The notes beneath the pieces were generated by a model, which saw only the letters and a program-made list of their open reading frames with translations, was not told where the DNA came from and ran no database searches. From Promethearchaeota archaeon (GTDB lineage Archaea > Asgardarchaeota > Lokiarchaeia > Sigyniarchaeales > SOKP01): a stretch of 32,000 nucleotides of DNA. How positions within the stretch are numbered: position 1 is the stretch's first letter; every line of letters starts with the position of its first letter. The translations under genes and the position numbers were made by a program. Positions 1-9,228 of this stretch are shown piece by piece. Location of the stretch: the NCBI GenBank assembly GCA_030606485.1, contig JAUWGH010000003.1:360001-392000 (forward strand). Reading direction: 5' to 3'.

Positions 1-1
1 A

Positions 2-508
2 GCCCATGATGAAAGTGTTCAATACAATCCTGAAAGATTTCCAGGGTTAGTTATGAGAATTGAAAAGCCACGTGGCACCGCCTTAATATTTTCTACAGGA
101 AAAATGGTTATTACAGGTCTTAGAGCAGCATCTGAAGCAGACAAAGTTGTTCAAAAAATTATCAAGAATATAAAAAAAGTGGGAATAGAAATGAAAAATC
201 CTGTTATAACCGTTCAAAATATTGTAGCAAGTGGGGATCTCCATACAAACATAGATTTAAATATGGCTACTGTCGTAATGGACGATGCAATGTATGAGCC
301 TGAGGTTTTCCCCGGATTGATTTATAGAATGCAAGATCCAAAAACAGTATTTCTTGTTTTTTCAACTGGAAGAATTGTCTGTACTGGGGCAAAAACCAAA
401 CAAACAGTTCGAGAAGCAGTTCTCAAATTAAACAAGTATGTTCGAGAGATAGGAATTGCCAAGAAGAATTTAGAACCATATAATTATGGTGAATTTGATT
501 TTCTCTAA
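2..508 (+). CDS. tbp: TATA-box-binding protein (5' truncated by window edge)
   Basis: The frame is open from base 2 (AHDESVQYNPERFPGLVMRIEKP..ALIFSTGKMVITG). The second repeat reads YEPEVFPGLIYRMQDPKTVFLVFSTGRIVCTG. The ORF-track ATG at 53 is internal. Confidence 0.97.
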   Translation, partial: AHDESVQYNPERFPGLVMRIEKPRGTALIFSTGKMVITGLRAASEADKVVQKIIKNIKKVGIEMKNPVITVQNIVASGDLHTNIDLNMATVVMDDAMYEPEVFPGLIYRMQDPKTVFLVFSTGRIVCTGAKTKQTVREAVLKLNKYVREIGIAKKNLEPYNYGEFDFL

Positions 509-510
509 CT

Positions 511-540
511 ATTTTTATTTTTTTTTAAGTTTTTTTTTTA
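511..540 (+). terminator. Probable archaeal oligo-T terminator after tbp
   Basis: Long T tracts (atttttattttttttTaagtttttttttta) directly after the TAA at 506-508. Confidence 0.45.
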
Positions 541-614
541 ATACTTTGAGATTTATTATAAAATAATATATTACATTGAGTAAAATATTTAATAGAGATT
601 GACAATAATATTAG

Positions 615-1439
615 TTGAATTTATTATTAAAACTGATTAGAAACATGTCTTCAAAACTTTTCTCATACTTATTGAAAAATAATCAATGGATAAAGTCTGA
701 TGCGATTTCCATTGATGATGTCACAGTTTTAGTGGATACTACGAGAGATATCATCTGGTATTTAGAAGAAAAGAAAGCAACAGCAAGAAAAAAATTTGAA
801 GCTAGAGGGCTTTTAGGAGAATTAAAGAAAAAGTATGAACCATACAAATTTAAGAAAATAGATCATAGAGCCCCCATTGATGTTTTAGAAAAAATAGAGG
901 AATTGAAGAAAAGCACTTCACATCTAAGTATGAAATTTAGAGGTAAAGAGATTCAAGAATTTTCAAAATACTTGTATTTTTTAAATATTGTTGCTGGAGT
1001 ATTACAAGTAATTTGCATGATAATCATCACATGGGCACTTTCTTGGCCCCAGGTTTATGATTCACAATCTTATTTGAATTATATTATAAATTCTAATCAC
1101 TTTTACTTTTATATAGAATTAGATTCACTATTACTCTTTTTCTCCTTGATAATTTTTATATTTACATCATTTTTTGGAATAATAATTTTAAGAAGAAAAA
1201 TATTCACTACGAGTTCAATATTTTTAGCAGTAATAATATTTTTATCATTAATATATATTAGAATTGGACCTACATTATTATATTTTCAAGCCACCTCACC
1301 TTTTCCTAATATTTTAATAAGAGTAGATGCTTTCTTATTTTTCATTATTGGAGTAGATATAATTTTATTTGTATCTATTGTGGGCTCAATTATCCCAGGA
1401 ACTTATTGGTTAATAAAGAAGAATATTAAAAAAATTTAG
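615..1439 (+). CDS. Hypothetical membrane protein (soluble N-half, about 4 C-terminal TM helices)
   Basis: Charged N-terminal ~120 aa followed by about four hydrophobic segments. Start is uncertain (TTG 615 or ATG 645). Confidence 0.7.
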   Translation: MNLLLKLIRNMSSKLFSYLLKNNQWIKSDAISIDDVTVLVDTTRDIIWYLEEKKATARKKFEARGLLGELKKKYEPYKFKKIDHRAPIDVLEKIEELKKSTSHLSMKFRGKEIQEFSKYLYFLNIVAGVLQVICMIIITWALSWPQVYDSQSYLNYIINSNHFYFYIELDSLLLFFSLIIFIFTSFFGIIILRRKIFTTSSIFLAVIIFLSLIYIRIGPTLLYFQATSPFPNILIRVDAFLFFIIGVDIILFVSIVGSIIPGTYWLIKKNIKKI

Positions 1440-1472
1440 GATTTCATTTAAGTTATTTTTAAATGTAAAATA

Positions 1473-2105
1473 ATGCCATCAAAATTTCGATTACGCTACA
1501 TTTTTAGACCGCTAATTAATAAGTTAGCAAAAATATTAGGAAGAATTGGTCTTACTCCGAATTATGCAACTGCAATTATGCTCATTTTATCTTTTTTTTG
1601 TTTTATTTTTCTTACTGTTTTGAAAATTGAATGGCTATTTGGGATTTTTGTTTTTTTAGTAGGTATATTCGATGGAATAGATGGCGCAATTGCAAGACTT
1701 TTGAAAAAGGAATCAAAATTTGGAGGATTTTTGGATTCAATTGCTGATAGATTCTCTGAAATTATAATTTTCTTAGCAATTTTACTCTATTTTGGGAACC
1801 AAAAATTTTGGAATTTGATTGAAATTAATTTTATTATTTACATTTCATTGGGAGCCTCCCTTCTTATTAGCTATGCTCGAACACGAGCACAAAATATTTC
1901 TTCAGGAGATTTTGATATTGGATTAATGGGACGATCTGAAAGATTATTTTTTATCTCAATATCTTCTATTTTAGGGTGGCTTTGGGAGTGCCTTCCCATA
2001 TTTATGATATTAACGGTTAGCACGGCCATTTTCAGATTAGTTAAAGCCTATTCAATCATTAAAAAAGAAGAATTTTTAAAATCTAACTCGAACAGTAAAT
2101 TCTGA
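1473..2105 (+). CDS. CDP-alcohol phosphatidyltransferase (archaetidylinositol phosphate synthase-like)
   Basis: Signature DGIDGAIAR...GGFLDSIADR (D-G-x2-A-R-x8-G-x3-D-x3-D), N-terminal GLTPN and C-terminal R-x-ER motifs; hydrophobic. Confidence 0.92.
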   Translation: MPSKFRLRYIFRPLINKLAKILGRIGLTPNYATAIMLILSFFCFIFLTVLKIEWLFGIFVFLVGIFDGIDGAIARLLKKESKFGGFLDSIADRFSEIIIFLAILLYFGNQKFWNLIEINFIIYISLGASLLISYARTRAQNISSGDFDIGLMGRSERLFFISISSILGWLWECLPIFMILTVSTAIFRLVKAYSIIKKEEFLKSNSNSKF

Positions 2106-2300
2106 AATAGAATGATAATTTTGAGATAGAATAAAATTTTAAAATACTCCCCAAGTAATAATAATTTTTAATAACAATTATGTAAATCTATATAATAATC
2201 AATAAGATTAAAGAAATTTTTTTAAATATCACGATTAGTATATAATATATTAAGTTCAATGAAAGAATTATTTAAGATAATCTAATTCAAGGTGAAAAAG

Positions 2301-2831
2301 ATGCGAGATGCCGTTTTCAAGATGTTTATTTGTGGAGAGGGTGGTGTAGGGAAGACTACATTAACTAATCGATATGTTACAGGGATTTTTAAAGACCAAT
2401 CGATGACTATTGGACTTGATTTTTACCTCAAAGATGTTGAGATTGAAGATAGAAAGGTTTCTTTACAAATATGGGATTTTGCTGGCGAATCACGTTTCAG
2501 AGCTTTAATTGGTGGTTATGTGAGAGGAGCTACGGGAGGAATTTTCATGTATGACATCACAAGATATTCTACTTTAATAAATATAGATGAATGGCTTGAG
2601 ATAATTGGTCAAAATTTAAAAGATAGCTATGAGGATATTCCAATAATTTTAGTCGGGGGAAAAGCAGATTTAGATGAAATTAGATCTGTAACTAAAGAAG
2701 ATGCAATAGAGGTTGGAAAGTCTCGACATTTATATGGATTTATTGAATGTTCCGCAAAATCCGGTCAAAATGTAGAATCAGTATTTACAAGCTTAGCACG
2801 TGCAATGATGGAAAATGCTAATTTAATTTAA
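2301..2831 (+). CDS. Rab-like small GTPase
   Basis: G1 GEGGVGKT, G2 TIGLDF, G3 WDFAGE, G4 GGKAD, G5 ECSAK. The SD-like AAGGTGA at 2289-2295 favours ATG 2301 over the GTG at 2292. Confidence 0.95.
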   Translation: MRDAVFKMFICGEGGVGKTTLTNRYVTGIFKDQSMTIGLDFYLKDVEIEDRKVSLQIWDFAGESRFRALIGGYVRGATGGIFMYDITRYSTLINIDEWLEIIGQNLKDSYEDIPIILVGGKADLDEIRSVTKEDAIEVGKSRHLYGFIECSAKSGQNVESVFTSLARAMMENANLI

Positions 2832-2940
2832 ACTTGTATGTTTGCTTCTATAATTTATTAATTATCTCATTTTATAATAATAATAATAAGTTTAAATTAG
2901 TTTTATAAAATATTATAAAAACTCAAGGAATAGATGAAAA

Positions 2941-3615
2941 TTGCTTCAAAAATTTAAAAAAAAAATTGATGAAAAAGAAAAGAAATCTCGTAAAGTGAAA
3001 ATACAAGACCTCTTCATTCAATCTGCAGAAAAGATTGAAATATCTTTTAATAATATGAATAATGCCATTTACGCGTTATGTGACGGTAAAACAAAGGAGA
3101 TTAAAAAATATTGCGAAGCTACAGTAATAGCAGAAAAGGAAGCAGATAGAATATTCGAAGAGATTTCAGCACGCTTGTTTTCACGAGAAGTAATGGTTTT
3201 TTCGCGAGGAGATCGATTATACATCGCAAAACACATTGAGGAAGTTATAGACGCAGCAGAAACCGTCGCGCGGAGATTACTAATTCATAAACCCAAAGTT
3301 TTTCCAGATTTAAGTGAAATGTTGAAAGATGTAGCTGCCAAAGCAAAAAATATTGGGCAAATACTTAGGAAGGTAATAATAAAGATTTTCGACGATTTCG
3401 ATGAGGCAGAAAGGTTAGTTAATCAAATTCAGGATATTCGACGCGATGCAAGAGAGGTGGAATACCAATTTCTCGAGAAATTGTACGAATTTAAACCTGA
3501 ATACGCGGATTTTAGTTTTTATGACCAAATTATCAAAAAGATTTTATTAGCGATAAATAAAGCAGAAAATTTTGGCGATGGCATTCGAGGTTTAATTTGG
3601 AAGTATCGATTTTAA
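2941..3615 (+). CDS. DUF47/PhoU-like phosphate transport regulator
   Basis: All-helical, with repeated E-x-E-A-D-like acidic motifs (EKEADRI, SRGDR, EDV/AENFGD); lies directly upstream of a PiT gene, the usual DUF47-PiT pairing. TTG start. Confidence 0.88.
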   Translation: MLQKFKKKIDEKEKKSRKVKIQDLFIQSAEKIEISFNNMNNAIYALCDGKTKEIKKYCEATVIAEKEADRIFEEISARLFSREVMVFSRGDRLYIAKHIEEVIDAAETVARRLLIHKPKVFPDLSEMLKDVAAKAKNIGQILRKVIIKIFDDFDEAERLVNQIQDIRRDAREVEYQFLEKLYEFKPEYADFSFYDQIIKKILLAINKAENFGDGIRGLIWKYRF

Positions 3616-3655
3616 AATCAATTTTGTTTGAAAAGATAAAGGAATTAAATGGGAT

Positions 3656-4663
3656 ATGGACTGGGTTATAATAATTCTCATAGTTTTAGCATTTGCCCTA
3701 GCTTTTGGAATCGGGAGTAACGACGAGACTATGGCAAATGTAGTTGGAAGCGGGTCTTTAAAACTTAAAAGAGCAGTAATTCTCGGAGGAGTGCTGGCTT
3801 TTTTAGGAGTCATTCTTCTTTCTAGAAACGTCGGTAAGACAATCGGAAAAAGTTTGTTAGGTCCATCTGTAAATTATAATTCGTTCATGATGATCGCAAT
3901 CTTGCTTAGTACCTCTATTTGGTTGATCATTTCATCTAAATCATCTGTACCTATCAGCACAACACACAGCGTAGTTGGCTCAATTTTCGGGATTAGCTTC
4001 GTATGGGCGATTTCAACTGGAGAAAATTATTTCCTTAGCATTAATTGGGTAAAAATTAGTGAAGTTGTTTTGGGATGGTTTATTTCACCAATTTTAGGTT
4101 TTTTTGGTGCGATAGCGATGCAATTAATCATTAAACGGTTCATGAAATATCGTAGTGCGGGTTTATTAGAGGTGGAAAGTACCGAAAAATATTTGCAATA
4201 TGCCATTTTGACATTTGTCTGTATTAATCAAATTAGTCGTGGAGGTAACGATTCCGCTAACGCCCTCGGAGTTTTGATTGGTTTGACGGGACCTGATAAT
4301 TTGACGCAGGAAGTTGTTACGATCTTAACTTTTATTATTGGTCTTATGCTCATGGCAGGATTGATTTTTGTAGGAAAAAATGTTATCAGAAATATCTCAA
4401 CAACGACCGGTAAAATGAGACCTAGTGATTCATTGTCGGCAGAAGTATCCACTAGCATGATAATGCTTGGAGCGACAATATTAGGTTTGCCTGTATCAGG
4501 TAGTCATATTTTAATATTTGCTTTAATTGGCAGCGCTCGCATGAAAGGACAAAAACCCGATAGAAAATCATTCCGTAGAATGGTATCATCATGGTTTTTA
4601 ACCTTCCCTGTTGCGGCGATCCTTTCAGCTGTTATTTATTCTGTACTCTTATTTTTTGTCTGA
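3656..4663 (+). CDS. pit: PiT-family inorganic phosphate transporter
   Basis: Both PiT signatures are present (GIGSNDETMAN, GGNDSANALG), plus PISTTHS and GLPVSGSH; multi-TM. Confidence 0.95.
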   Translation: MDWVIIILIVLAFALAFGIGSNDETMANVVGSGSLKLKRAVILGGVLAFLGVILLSRNVGKTIGKSLLGPSVNYNSFMMIAILLSTSIWLIISSKSSVPISTTHSVVGSIFGISFVWAISTGENYFLSINWVKISEVVLGWFISPILGFFGAIAMQLIIKRFMKYRSAGLLEVESTEKYLQYAILTFVCINQISRGGNDSANALGVLIGLTGPDNLTQEVVTILTFIIGLMLMAGLIFVGKNVIRNISTTTGKMRPSDSLSAEVSTSMIMLGATILGLPVSGSHILIFALIGSARMKGQKPDRKSFRRMVSSWFLTFPVAAILSAVIYSVLLFFV

Positions 4664-4757
4664 TCTTTAAACTTAATTTAAAATTTTATCTATAAAAATA
4701 TTAAAAAAATTATAACAATTTTTATAAAAAATAAAAACATATAGGAGTTGATACTAA

Positions 4758-5021
4758 TTGCAAAAAGAATCTATTAAAAAATTTATTATTACCTATGGAA
4801 GTAAGATATCTTACTGTCTCTTAGGTGCATGTTTAGTAATAATTATCTTATTAATTATAAACATTCCTCTACAATTTTGGGATGATTCACTTTCAGATTT
4901 CATGGACAAAATTGTTAATAGAACTTTAATGATAGTAGGAATTAATACACTACTTTTTTCAGCAGTGATAAAAGCAATAGTTGCCAATAAAGAAGAAGCA
5001 GAGCAAAAGGAAGAAAAATAA
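4758..5021 (+). CDS. Small hypothetical 2-TM membrane protein
   Basis: 87 aa with two hydrophobic segments; GGAG at 4744-4747 precedes the TTG start. Confidence 0.6.
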   Translation: MQKESIKKFIITYGSKISYCLLGACLVIIILLIINIPLQFWDDSLSDFMDKIVNRTLMIVGINTLLFSAVIKAIVANKEEAEQKEEK

Positions 5022-5046
5022 TTAAAAATGATAATCCTATTTTCTT

Positions 5047-5757
5047 TTAATGTGTATTATTTAGCAATATAACTATTTTATCTCCATCCTTTATATTTAG
5101 GTGATCTCTTAGGTATGGTTCTGCAATGATTTCAACTACATGCTTTTTGTGGAAAGTTCTTTCAATTTGTAAAACTGCCCCCATACTTGTAATACTTGGA
5201 TTATGTAATTTGTAAACAATTGCTGGAAAACATAGAACAGCACCAAACCCACGATTTTCTTCTGTAAAACCTTCAATTATCACAGGTCTAATACGATCTA
5301 ATTTTTGCGTGAGGATCATAAAATGATGATCTGAGAGCTCCAAATTTAAAGTTCCTTTATAAGGATTATACCCTAATTTTTTTTTAAATTGCTCGTAATA
5401 TCCCTTAATGGAAACGTAATATCGCCCTTCATCGGCTCCAGAAATTAATATTCCAATTACATGAAAGCTCTCATAAATATCCTTAATTTTTTCATAGATC
5501 TTAAAAATTATTTGATAACCCTTATCAGTAATCTCAATTTGTTGAGCATTGAACATTTTTTTCCTAATGATCCATCCCTTTTTCTCAAGATTTTGAAGCC
5601 GTCTTGAAGCGGTTTGTTGACTTGTGCCCAAAGTTTTACAAAACTCTGTGCTTTTCACTCGAATTTCTGGTTTCTCAGTTAAAATATGAGCTAAATTGAT
5701 AAGTGCAAACCACTCAGCATAATCGTGATAATTAAATTTAGACTCTTTTTTCTTCAT
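5047..5757 (-). CDS. ribK: CTP-dependent riboflavin kinase with N-terminal wHTH (RbkR type)
   Basis: N-terminal wHTH (LGTSQQTASRRLQNLEKKGWI) plus kinase motifs GRYYV, LGYNPYKGTLNL, RTFH, VVEIIA..LRDHLNIKDGD. Confidence 0.95.
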   Translation of the reverse strand: MKKKESKFNYHDYAEWFALINLAHILTEKPEIRVKSTEFCKTLGTSQQTASRRLQNLEKKGWIIRKKMFNAQQIEITDKGYQIIFKIYEKIKDIYESFHVIGILISGADEGRYYVSIKGYYEQFKKKLGYNPYKGTLNLELSDHHFMILTQKLDRIRPVIIEGFTEENRGFGAVLCFPAIVYKLHNPSITSMGAVLQIERTFHKKHVVEIIAEPYLRDHLNIKDGDKIVILLNNTH

Positions 5758-5762
5758 TTAAA

Positions 5763-6227
5763 TTATGTCTTTTCCTTCTTATTTTTTAAATAATCTTTAA
5801 TAATTTTCTCTTTAATTAATGTAGATGAATGGAATTTGTGCTTATTATAAAATTTCTCTAATCTAATAATCTTAATTTTTTCAAGACCCTTTGCCTTTAA
5901 ACCATTTTTGATCATTTTAATAGTTACTTTCTGATTAGGGCCCAGCATAATAATATCGGGATTAATTTCTTCAATAATTTTCAAATAATCTGAATCTATT
6001 TTACCAAATATTGCTTTTTTAACATTTTTTAAATTCTGCACCATTTCAAGTCGTTGATCTTCAGGGAGTATAGGAGATTCACCCTTAAATTTTTTTACAT
6101 TAACATCCCTAGCTACAATAACATAGACTTCTCCTAATTCTGATGCTTTTTTTATTAAAAAAGTATGTCCGGGATGAACGAGATCAAATGTCCCCGTAAT
6201 TACAATTTTCTTTTTTATTTCTAACAC
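5763..6227 (-). CDS. ribL: Archaeal FAD synthetase (cytidylyltransferase family)
   Basis: GTFDLVHPGH (HxGH), VIVARD, PDIIMLGPNQ, SST; adjacent to riboflavin kinase. GTG start. Confidence 0.88.
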   Translation of the reverse strand: MLEIKKKIVITGTFDLVHPGHTFLIKKASELGEVYVIVARDVNVKKFKGESPILPEDQRLEMVQNLKNVKKAIFGKIDSDYLKIIEEINPDIIMLGPNQKVTIKMIKNGLKAKGLEKIKIIRLEKFYNKHKFHSSTLIKEKIIKDYLKNKKEKT

Positions 6228-6252
6228 CTAATTATTCAAATTTCATTTATAT

Positions 6253-6873
6253 TTAATCCTTCAATTCCTTTTCTTTAAGAGATGAATTTAACCGGTCCAT
6301 TTGAATTGATAAGGATATATTTCTTCTCAAATTTTCTAACGTTTTTCTTACACCGTCGATTTTCGATCTAAGATTTTTTAAAATTCCTTTTGGATAATCC
6401 AAATTAAACAAATTATCATAAATCAACTCCATTATTTCAAAATAATGATTTAATTTTGATATTTTCCCTTCTCTAATCATATTTAAACACATTCTGTTCA
6501 TTTCACCAATAAGATCCGCCATACCAAGAATATAAGAAAGAGGTTCTAAATTTAAATCCCTTGAAGAAGGAAAATCCTTATTTAATAAAACTGCTTCAAA
6601 AAGCACGGCTTCGGTAAATTCTTGCTCGGGAGTCCAAAGATATTTTGAAAAATAAAGCGGATTCTTATTAATAAGTTTTTTAAGCTGAATATGCTGCTCT
6701 TTAATCATCTTAATTTTTATTTTAAAATCTTCATAATCTTTACGATGCAGAGATTTAATAATCTCACTACAGTTTCTTACCATTTCACGAGAGAGCTTTA
6801 GTATTCCTTCTCTCACTGTATCTAATTCGTCAAGATCTTTAATTATTTCTGCAAAAATATTGTTTAAATTCAT
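6253..6873 (-). CDS. Translin/TRAX (C3PO)-family protein
   Basis: RE..LKLSRE..R.CS..I...H, QEFTEA, YILGMADLIGE..R, LRSKID: the helical translin pattern. Confidence 0.88.
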   Translation of the reverse strand: MNLNNIFAEIIKDLDELDTVREGILKLSREMVRNCSEIIKSLHRKDYEDFKIKIKMIKEQHIQLKKLINKNPLYFSKYLWTPEQEFTEAVLFEAVLLNKDFPSSRDLNLEPLSYILGMADLIGEMNRMCLNMIREGKISKLNHYFEIMELIYDNLFNLDYPKGILKNLRSKIDGVRKTLENLRRNISLSIQMDRLNSSLKEKELKD

Positions 6874-6944
6874 CTAAAAACAACCCAATAATAGAGATTT
6901 ACTACTCAATTAATATTAAAAAAAAGAACGAATAAGAATTAAAC

Positions 6945-9014
6945 TTATCTGAATTTTATCTTACTTGAAAATTTTCTAAAAGGAATCGGCAATTTGTGCT
7001 TTGGATATCCTTCTGTATCTTTTTTTAACATTTCCAATAAAAATTTGAGTTTAACATCGTTATAACTCACGGTTGTACTTTTATTTTCACCATATGGCTG
7101 ATTTATCAGTCTTTGCCGAATAGAGATAGTATTGCTTTCTAATTCTTTCTCACCGACAATTATTGTATATGGAATCCAATCAACTTCTGAATTTCTTATC
7201 TTCTTACCTAATTTCTCATTTCGGTCATCTAAATCTGCTCTGTATCCTAAATTATTGATCTCATTCATCAATTTTTCAGCGTAATCCAATGTTTTCTCTG
7301 AGATTGGCAAAATTCTAACTTGAATAGGAGAGAGCCAAGTCTTGAAACCAGGAATTAATTTATCTTGATTTCTTATAGCACTCTCTAATAAACCCCAAAC
7401 CACTCTTTCGACGGCTCCACTTGGTGAATTATGGAGAATAATTGGATGTTTTACTACTCCATCATCATCAGTGAATTTGATATTATACTTTTCTCTTTTT
7501 TTATCTCCTTGCATTATATAATCTAAACTGCTCTCAACATCAATTTGAATGGTCCCTAAGGTTGCACTTTTACCAAATTTACCAGCAGATACAACATTAC
7601 GTTCAAATTTCAATACGAAATAATAATACCTATCTTCCCATAACTCGAGCAATGCTGGAATTCCTTCTTTTTCTACTAAATCTAAAATCCATTCTCTATT
7701 TTGTTCATAAAATTCTCGTGTTGACCTAAAAGTGATGTAAGAAGGGAGACCAAAAGCATCTGAAATTTCTTTTACCACATCATATTGTTTTTTAAACTCA
7801 TCAATCGAAGATTTCAAATCTTTACAGAGCGTGTGTAGATCTGGCATAATGAATCCTCTTAAACGTCGGAGTCCGCTTAATTCACCTTCTTGCTCTCGTC
7901 TGAAAGCGTATTGCACGTATTCATAAAGTCGTAGTGGAAAATACGTTGGCTTTAAAAGCATATCACTAAACATCTGAAATTGAAGAAAATCTCCAGCAAA
8001 CCGTAATAAATAACGATTAGCCCCAGAAATAACCCAATAACTTTTTGCAGGAAAACGTGCAGTTTGAGCAATTAATTTTTTATTTTTCGCCGAATACATA
8101 ATTGGTGTATCAACAATAATCGCTCCAAAATCAATCACTTTATCCTTCACATACTCTCGAATAATTTCTTTTAAAATAACCCCTTTAGGATACCACCGAA
8201 AATTTCCACTATCTGTATTTTTATCAAAATCAACTAATTCAAATTTTTGCATATACTTAATATGAGCGGGTTCTTCACCTAAATCCTCCCTAGCCTTTCC
8301 TAGCTCAGAATCAAAAAAGAATTTAAGATCTCCATATCCTAGCTTCCTTAATTCCTCTGGAAATATATAGTTGCCATTTGAATCATACTCAATTTCAAAT
8401 TCTTTTTTCTCGGGAGTTAAAATCTTAAACACTGCGCTCTTAATATGTTCCTCTGGTTCAATATATAACTTCACATCCCTATACATTTCTGCTAATTCAT
8501 GCCCCAAACAATTAATTTTAAAAGCCTTATACCATCCGAATGGAGAATATGATGCGTCTATACCCCGATCCTTTAATAATTCGGCAATCTTAGGACATAC
8601 ATCCATAGCTTCCTTATCATTGCTTAAAAACTTGCTTAAATGAGCCCAAGGATATACTAATACTTTATCTACTTTATATTTGGATTCATCAAGGATTAAC
8701 TCCTTTTCTTTTCTGAGTTTTCCTTTTCTTTCACTCTTCTCAACTTTTAAATTGTATTTTTGAATTTCTTTATTTTGTTGGCGAATTTTTTCGGGAAATC
8801 CTTCAATCTGATAAATTGCATCTTCAATTACCTCTGCACCTTGTTTAGCAATGACGTCAGTATCATACGTATCTTGATCTTCTACAGAAACATATGCTAC
8901 AAGAATTAACCCGTCCAATTCAATTTTATCTTTCTCAAACTCCTGTGGTTTCGAAGTAGCTGGCTTTTTTTTATAGACTTCTAAGCCTTCTGAATGAATT
9001 AGTAATATTTTCAT
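6945..9014 (-). CDS. thrS: Threonine--tRNA ligase, archaeal type with N-terminal editing domain
   Basis: MKILLIHS, YPWAHLS, PFGWYKAF..C.GH.LAE editing domain; motif 2 FRREQEGEL.GLRRLR.F.MPD.H; motif 3 H.SPSG..ER; anticodon-binding domain DDR.EKLGKKIR. Confidence 0.98.
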   Translation of the reverse strand: MKILLIHSEGLEVYKKKPATSKPQEFEKDKIELDGLILVAYVSVEDQDTYDTDVIAKQGAEVIEDAIYQIEGFPEKIRQQNKEIQKYNLKVEKSERKGKLRKEKELILDESKYKVDKVLVYPWAHLSKFLSNDKEAMDVCPKIAELLKDRGIDASYSPFGWYKAFKINCLGHELAEMYRDVKLYIEPEEHIKSAVFKILTPEKKEFEIEYDSNGNYIFPEELRKLGYGDLKFFFDSELGKAREDLGEEPAHIKYMQKFELVDFDKNTDSGNFRWYPKGVILKEIIREYVKDKVIDFGAIIVDTPIMYSAKNKKLIAQTARFPAKSYWVISGANRYLLRFAGDFLQFQMFSDMLLKPTYFPLRLYEYVQYAFRREQEGELSGLRRLRGFIMPDLHTLCKDLKSSIDEFKKQYDVVKEISDAFGLPSYITFRSTREFYEQNREWILDLVEKEGIPALLELWEDRYYYFVLKFERNVVSAGKFGKSATLGTIQIDVESSLDYIMQGDKKREKYNIKFTDDDGVVKHPIILHNSPSGAVERVVWGLLESAIRNQDKLIPGFKTWLSPIQVRILPISEKTLDYAEKLMNEINNLGYRADLDDRNEKLGKKIRNSEVDWIPYTIIVGEKELESNTISIRQRLINQPYGENKSTTVSYNDVKLKFLLEMLKKDTEGYPKHKLPIPFRKFSSKIKFR

Positions 9015-9228
9015 TTTCCATACACGCTTATCATTAAATAAATATAATTTATTTTATCGAGCCTTTCAATAAAAAATTTGTTAAATTTTCCAGATTATTT
9101 CTCTTCTTAAATAGATTGAGATTTTAACTTAAATTAAGAATTCAATTATGAAGAGTATTCAAAATGAAAATATTTTAAAGAACGTAATTAGTTAGAAAAT
9201 AAGGGTAAATTTAATTTTAAAAAAAAAA

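Noticed and set aside
3592-4458. Antisense ORFs 3592-3813 and 4228-4458
   Set aside because: They lie opposite the well-supported pit gene and have no motifs; shadow ORFs.
2941-4663. Apparent higher GC/CpG in DUF47-pit, suggesting recent transfer
   Set aside because: Spot counts of single 60-nt lines gave about 37-40% GC, but a thrS line gave about 47%; there is no clear anomaly without a proper sliding-window calculation.
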